Source: Promethearchaeati archaeon SRVP18_Atabeyarchaeia-1
Lineage (GTDB): Archaea; Asgardarchaeota; Atabeyarchaeia; Atabeyarchaeales; Atabeyarchaeaceae
Length of the DNA stretch: 64,000 nucleotides
Direction: 5' to 3'
Assembly (NCBI GenBank): GCA_037308085.1
Contig: CP147779.1
Span: forward strand, 768,001 to 832,000
Shown: one piece after another, positions 59,149 to 64,000 of the stretch
How the letters are laid out: the number at the start of each line of letters is the position of its first letter
Numbering within the stretch: the first letter of the stretch is position 1
Notes under the pieces: generated by a model
What the model was told of the DNA's origin: nothing
What the model saw: the letters and a program-made list of their open reading frames with translations, nothing else
Database searches by the model: none
Made by a program: the position numbers and the translations under genes

Positions 59149-60405
59149 TTGTCGTCTGAGAGGAGTGAGGGGATGAAGGCGGTTGCCGTTGTAATGGTGT
59201 TTTTTGTCGCCTTCGTGGGGATTACTATTCACGCTGTGCCTGTGTCTCCTCCTCGGGCAGATGATAGTGGGGCGACCCCAGAGGGGATAAGAAGCGTCGC
59301 GAACGCTATTAGTCAGTTCGCCTTGGAGCTTTACTCGAACATCAGGAACGGCGATGGGGGTAATATCTTCTATTCACCGTATAGCATTTTCGTGGCTCTG
59401 GCAATGGCGTATGAAGGTGCAAGAGGGCAAACCGCTGATGAAATCCGATCAGTTTTCCACTTCCCCAGCGATAATGCCACGCTTAGATCATCAATGGCGG
59501 CAATCTATAACGAATTGAACAGAGAAGACGGTAGCGATCTGCTTCGTACAGCCAATGCTCTGTGGGTCCAAAACGACTATCCACTATTGGAAGAGTACCT
59601 ATCCACGATTGATAGATATTATGTTGGAAGAGCAGGCAATGTTGATTTCAGGTGGGCAACTGAGCAGGCGCGTCAGACGATAAATGGATGGGTTCAGGAC
59701 GAGACAAACAATAAGATTCGAGATTTGCTGCCTCCGGGTTCCCTGGATCCGTCGACCCGCCTCTTTTTAACCAATGCAATCTATTTTGAGGGAGCATGGG
59801 TTACACAATTCCCCGTAAGCGAAACGCAAGAGCAGGATTTTAGGGTAAGTGAAGGCCAGACTGTCAGAGTTCCAATGATGAATCTCTTGGGTCATTATGG
59901 AGCGGTCTTTAATTACTTTGAGGACGAGAATCTGCAAGTCCTCGAAATGAAATATGACAGCGGAGACTTGTCCATGCTTATCTTGCTGCCTAAGAACGGT
60001 AATCTAACATCTCTCGAAGATTCCCTCACATTAGAGCATCTTAACCAGTGGAGGAATGGGCTCACCGAGCAACGTGTCGATGTCTCTATCCCTAGGTTTA
60101 CTTTCACTGCAGAGTATTCTTTGGCTAGGAATCTGGCAGAAATGGGGATGCCAACGGCTTTCTCTGGTGCGGCAGACTTCTCTGGAATAGATGGAACAAG
60201 GAATCTTTGCATTCAGTACGTTGTTCACCAAGCATTCATTGACGTAAACGAGAAAGGAACAGAAGGCGCGGCCGCAACTGGTGTAGGAATGTGTTTGATG
60301 TTACCTCCTTTATTTCTTGCTAACCACCCGTTCATGTTCCTGATTCAGGATAGGGGAACAGGAAACATTCTGTTCTTGGGTAGGGTTATTGATCCCACGC
60401 AATAG
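59149..60405 (+). CDS. Secreted or membrane-anchored serpin
   Basis: N-terminal hydrophobic signal, NIFYSPYSI, NAIYFEGAW, hinge EKGTEGAAAT and FLANHPFMFLI. Confidence 0.95.
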   Translation: MSSERSEGMKAVAVVMVFFVAFVGITIHAVPVSPPRADDSGATPEGIRSVANAISQFALELYSNIRNGDGGNIFYSPYSIFVALAMAYEGARGQTADEIRSVFHFPSDNATLRSSMAAIYNELNREDGSDLLRTANALWVQNDYPLLEEYLSTIDRYYVGRAGNVDFRWATEQARQTINGWVQDETNNKIRDLLPPGSLDPSTRLFLTNAIYFEGAWVTQFPVSETQEQDFRVSEGQTVRVPMMNLLGHYGAVFNYFEDENLQVLEMKYDSGDLSMLILLPKNGNLTSLEDSLTLEHLNQWRNGLTEQRVDVSIPRFTFTAEYSLARNLAEMGMPTAFSGAADFSGIDGTRNLCIQYVVHQAFIDVNEKGTEGAAATGVGMCLMLPPLFLANHPFMFLIQDRGTGNILFLGRVIDPTQ

Positions 60406-60680
60406 AAAGATGTTCATCAGCCACCCCATCGATTGCGTGTGGAACCACTCGAACTATGCTCAGGAGTTCTGCTCATAGAGTAGCTTGGATGTGAGTCGCT
60501 GGAGCTAATAGGATCATGTTGGCGGAGTTGGGAAAGACGCCTACTTGACTCAGAAGGTCAGGGCTAAAGGTCTATTTGAAGGGCGCATAGGCTAGCAACA
60601 GGTGGAGAGGAGACCCAAGAATGCTGACAAAAAGAAAGAGGGAAATCTGGATTCAAACTTGCTCTCGGTGTGTTCGAATC

Positions 60681-61961
60681 CTAGATTACTTTGGTTAAGA
60701 CTTCCAGAAGTTCGAGCACCTGCATGCTACTACCCATCTGCTTCACGCCGTCTGACAAGTTGAGGTAGCAGAATGGGCAGGATGTGACTATGGCTTGGGC
60801 GCCTGTGGCTTGGGCTTCGATTATTCGTTCTTTCGCGGTGTCTATGGCGAGTTCTGGGTATTGGCTTTTTACTCCTCCGCCTGAGCCGCAGCACCACGAG
60901 TCTTCCTTGATGCGGTACATCTCTACGAATTGTAGGCCTGGTATTGCTTTCAACACGCGTCTTGGCTTCTCGTACCATTCCTGCTTTGCTTGGTCGGCTT
61001 TTCTTTGGTCCGCGAGCCAGTTGTTTGATCCTGCGAGGACTTCCTTTTCAATTTGTTTTCCAATGTGTCGGCCTAGGTGGCACGGGTCATGCCAGGTTAC
61101 CTTCATGTTGAAGGGTTTGGTGATCTTCAGCTTGTTCTGGGCTATCAGGTCGGACACAAATTCCATCGTGTGTTTTGTCTCGAATGGTAGCTTGTTTCCT
61201 GTGATCTTTGGGTAGTCCACTCTGAAAGTCCTGTAACAGCCTGCGCAAGAGAAGAGCACCTGCTTGTACGGTTTGAATAGCTTCATATTCTTTTCTACGA
61301 CTTTCTTGGCGACTCCGATCTGGCCGGTTCTGATCATCGGGGATCCGCAGCATGCTTCGTCTGTGAGTACTGTGTAGTTGACTCCGAGCTTGTCAAGTAT
61401 TTGCTGAGTGGCCTTGGCGATCTGCTTCTGCCTATATGATGCCGTGCAGCCTACGAAGAAGGCTGTGTCAGCGTTCTTGAGATTCTTCCTTTTGCCGTCG
61501 TACCATGCTGTTCGATCGCTTTGCTTCTCTTTGTATGGATTCCACATTGTAGGATCGTCTACTGCATTGCGCATCGCAAGATGCTTCGCGAGTGCGGGCG
61601 CTCCAGACTCAATGTAGGCAGCCCTCATAGCTTCGATGACATCTACTGTCGAAATCTTGTTTTCACATTGGGCTTCGCAGCTTCCGCAGGTGGGGCACTT
61701 ATAGAGCATGTCAGCCATTTCGGGTGAGAACTCAAGGTCTCCTTCGAGGACGGCGCGCGCCATCCAGATCTTGCCTGCGTTCCAGAATGCCTCCCAGCCA
61801 CCTTCCTTTCCGGCAGGGCATCCTACCATCGTTCCTTCGTAGAGCTGTCCTTGGTACTCACCTATGCCTTGTCTGTCCGGCTCACCAGAATATGCGAATC
61901 TGCATGCCTTACAGTGGATGCAACGGTAGATTTCCTTGGTCATTTGCTTTAGATTTTCCAT
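60681..61961 (-). CDS. GlcF/HdrD-like (Fe-S)-binding protein with CCG domains
   Basis: CIHCKAC, CPTCGSC, CCGSP, HDPCHLGR, CCGSGGG and SCPFC. Confidence 0.92.
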   Translation of the reverse strand: MENLKQMTKEIYRCIHCKACRFAYSGEPDRQGIGEYQGQLYEGTMVGCPAGKEGGWEAFWNAGKIWMARAVLEGDLEFSPEMADMLYKCPTCGSCEAQCENKISTVDVIEAMRAAYIESGAPALAKHLAMRNAVDDPTMWNPYKEKQSDRTAWYDGKRKNLKNADTAFFVGCTASYRQKQIAKATQQILDKLGVNYTVLTDEACCGSPMIRTGQIGVAKKVVEKNMKLFKPYKQVLFSCAGCYRTFRVDYPKITGNKLPFETKHTMEFVSDLIAQNKLKITKPFNMKVTWHDPCHLGRHIGKQIEKEVLAGSNNWLADQRKADQAKQEWYEKPRRVLKAIPGLQFVEMYRIKEDSWCCGSGGGVKSQYPELAIDTAKERIIEAQATGAQAIVTSCPFCYLNLSDGVKQMGSSMQVLELLEVLTKVI

Positions 61962-61975
61962 TTTTGCTAACCTCC

Positions 61976-63469
61976 TCATGGCAACGCGAGTCTGCCGGGG
62001 TGCAGAATCCCGTTCGGGTCGATTAGTTTCTTAATCTTCCTCAACAAGTCGTGATAGGGCTTCGCTTTCGCGAAGGTCAGTGGCGAGTGGCAGAACGGAT
62101 CTGGACGATAGTTCAGCCAGCCTTTGTCAAGGAGGATCTCTGTTGTGTCTCTATTCAGCTTCTTTACCTGCTCTATTGACTCTTTGCTTGTAGCATCATA
62201 ACAAACAATGGGCATGCATATGGCTTCTCGAGCATGGTCAATTGAGGCAACCCACATCACTGGCGGGAACCCGTATTCCTCCATCTTCTGGCAGTAGATC
62301 TCGCTGAATTCAGCACATCCCTTCCATGGTGTATACCATGTTATGAAGAGAAATCCGGCATCCCACAGTGCGTATGGGACCGCGATCTTGTTTGGCTTCA
62401 GTAGTCTTGACGCTATTTGCTTCGGATGGAGTTTCCACTGCGGAGTCTTGTGTCCACTCTTCTGCTCGTAGCTCTTGGCTACCTCGTCGATCTTCTTGAC
62501 TGTGAAGTCTAGTTCCTCTTTGGTCCAAGCCCAGACTTCGAAGTTCATCCACCATTGAGAGATCCCCATCTTCTCGTATGCATCGTAGTTAGTGGGAACT
62601 CTCTCTTTTGGCCACCTCGTCATCATCAGTGGCCAGTTTCCTCCTTGAACCATGACACAGTGGTCAGATATCCCCATTTCGTACTTGGAAATGTCAAGCG
62701 TGAGGTCCTGCATGTCGTACGGATTATCCATTCCATATGCGACAACTGTCTTGTGCTCCAAATGTGGCATTATCTTGATAGCGCACTTAGTTATCACTCC
62801 CATCGTGCCCTGCGAACCGAGGAACAGTCCACCTATGTCGGGCCCGAGGCCCCACTTGTAGAATGGCTTCGCACCCGGCAAAGCCCAGCTTCCTGTTCGT
62901 ACAACGTCACCTGTAGCCAGTACAACCTCCATTCCCATGACTGTGTCGGCTTGAGGCCCATATCTGCCAGTGACGAGGCTGAAGCCTCGTTCTATTGCGT
63001 CTCCGAGGATTGTGGCTGCAGGCGGTGCTCCATCTGGCACCGGTGGCGCCCAGCCTGGGTACTTCTTCTTCATATATGCCCAGACTTCGCCAGACCTGAC
63101 GCCAGGCTCGACTACTATGTACCTAGCGTCGGTGTCGACCTCGATTATCTTGTTCATCTCCGAGAGATCCATGAGGATCCCGCCGGGTTCAATTGTAGGA
63201 CAAGCAAATCCTCCACTCAATCCACCGGCTGCTGGGGTGACAGGGATTACTTCCTCGTTGGCGATTGTCATGACTCTTTGCACTTCGTCGACGCTCTTTG
63301 GTCTGACTACGCAGTCAGCGACGGTAGCTTCAAGTCCCATGATGCCCTTCGAGAGATAAGAGTACAAGATTGGCTTGCTCGTTGTAACGTACTTCTCGCC
63401 GACAACGCCAGCAATCCTCTTCACGATCTCCGGAGTCACTTTGCTGTATTCTCGCTTCTCGAAACTCAT
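61976..63469 (-). CDS. FAD-binding oxidoreductase (GlcD/VAO family)
   Basis: VVRPKS, VEPGV, GMEVVLATG, GSQGTMGVIT and IDPNGILHPG. Confidence 0.92.
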   Translation of the reverse strand: MSFEKREYSKVTPEIVKRIAGVVGEKYVTTSKPILYSYLSKGIMGLEATVADCVVRPKSVDEVQRVMTIANEEVIPVTPAAGGLSGGFACPTIEPGGILMDLSEMNKIIEVDTDARYIVVEPGVRSGEVWAYMKKKYPGWAPPVPDGAPPAATILGDAIERGFSLVTGRYGPQADTVMGMEVVLATGDVVRTGSWALPGAKPFYKWGLGPDIGGLFLGSQGTMGVITKCAIKIMPHLEHKTVVAYGMDNPYDMQDLTLDISKYEMGISDHCVMVQGGNWPLMMTRWPKERVPTNYDAYEKMGISQWWMNFEVWAWTKEELDFTVKKIDEVAKSYEQKSGHKTPQWKLHPKQIASRLLKPNKIAVPYALWDAGFLFITWYTPWKGCAEFSEIYCQKMEEYGFPPVMWVASIDHAREAICMPIVCYDATSKESIEQVKKLNRDTTEILLDKGWLNYRPDPFCHSPLTFAKAKPYHDLLRKIKKLIDPNGILHPGRLALP

Positions 63470-63717
63470 ACTAATGCTTCCTCCAAAAAATGCCGCAAAC
63501 TCTCACGGCTAGGTAGCAGTTCTCATAAGATTGATGTCGTAAACGAGAGTTTGATTAGTATTTAAGATTTGGCGTCTCACTGCATCTCAGTTTGGAATTA
63601 CGGATCAAAGAGCACGCTGCCGCAGTTTTCGAGAATACTCGAAAAAGGTCTGAGGAGGATAAGTTGAGGGCAAGAAGGCGCAGAAACCAATGAACATCAA
63701 TTTTACCACATCAGCGC

Positions 63718-64000
63718 CGCGAGGAAGCCCAAATCCCTTTAGGGGTGGGAGGAACCACAGCGAGGCTCCAGTTGGGAGCCTTAAGTACTGCCCCTCCTGA
63801 CATCCTTCGGGAGGTACCATGACGAAGTGCCTACCCCTAAACATCCTCGAACCCACGGAAGCAACGAGGAGGATGCTCAAGCAGACCACCATCGTATTCC
63901 TCTGCATCGTGAGGGCGGCCCAAACACAAGACACATCAGGCACCTACAAGATGGGCCAGTTACCTTGGGGGAGCGCCTCCGTCAGTAAGGTAAACAATAA
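63718..64000 (+). mobile_element. IS605-type left end and start of a TnpB-like ORF (63819 to window edge)
   Basis: GAAGCCCAAATCCCTTTAGGGGTGGGAGGAACCA hairpin, CTTAAGTACT, GGAGGT SD, then MTKCLPLNILEPTEATRRMLKQT. Confidence 0.6.

Noticed and set aside
62555-63565. 336-aa ORF on the plus strand, and many other antisense ORFs in the track
   Set aside because: Shadows of well-supported genes on the opposite strand, with no recognisable motifs
1-64000. CRISPR array or cas genes
   Set aside because: No regularly spaced repeat-spacer array or cas1/cas2 seen

Overview
Archaeal chromosome segment (about 48-50% GC by eye). L35Ae, NurA-HerA, the archaeal mevalonate cluster and multi-intron tRNAs point to a TACK or Asgard lineage; this is inference. 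It is mostly housekeeping genes (purA, pyrG, nurA/herA, rio2, pheST, coaD, map, HMGS-thiolase-DUF35-HMGR, pyrB/pyrI, rpiA, nadC, ETF/acyl-CoA dehydrogenase, GlcD/GlcF-like), interspersed with IS200/IS605-type OMEGA elements and remnants. The standout is very heavy use of bulge-helix-bulge (BHB) splicing. (1) A circularly permuted 5S rRNA gene (24241-24418, minus) has its 3' half before its 5' half and is flanked by a BHB. Splicing there circularises it and creates a second, perfect 30-nt BHB intron; removing that restores a canonical 119-nt 5S sequence. (2) A 49-nt hairpin insertion splits the GVGKE|SDVY P-loop of RIO2 kinase and is a candidate mRNA intron. (3) Five tRNA genes carry about 13-14 introns. 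(4) An orphan, intron-bearing tRNA-Pro 5' half may be a trans-spliced split tRNA. In addition, all three IscB/IsrB loci have their well-formed omega-RNA downstream rather than upstream of the ORF, and one TnpB gene is enclosed by IS6-like terminal inverted repeats. All calls were made by eye; no database searches were run.
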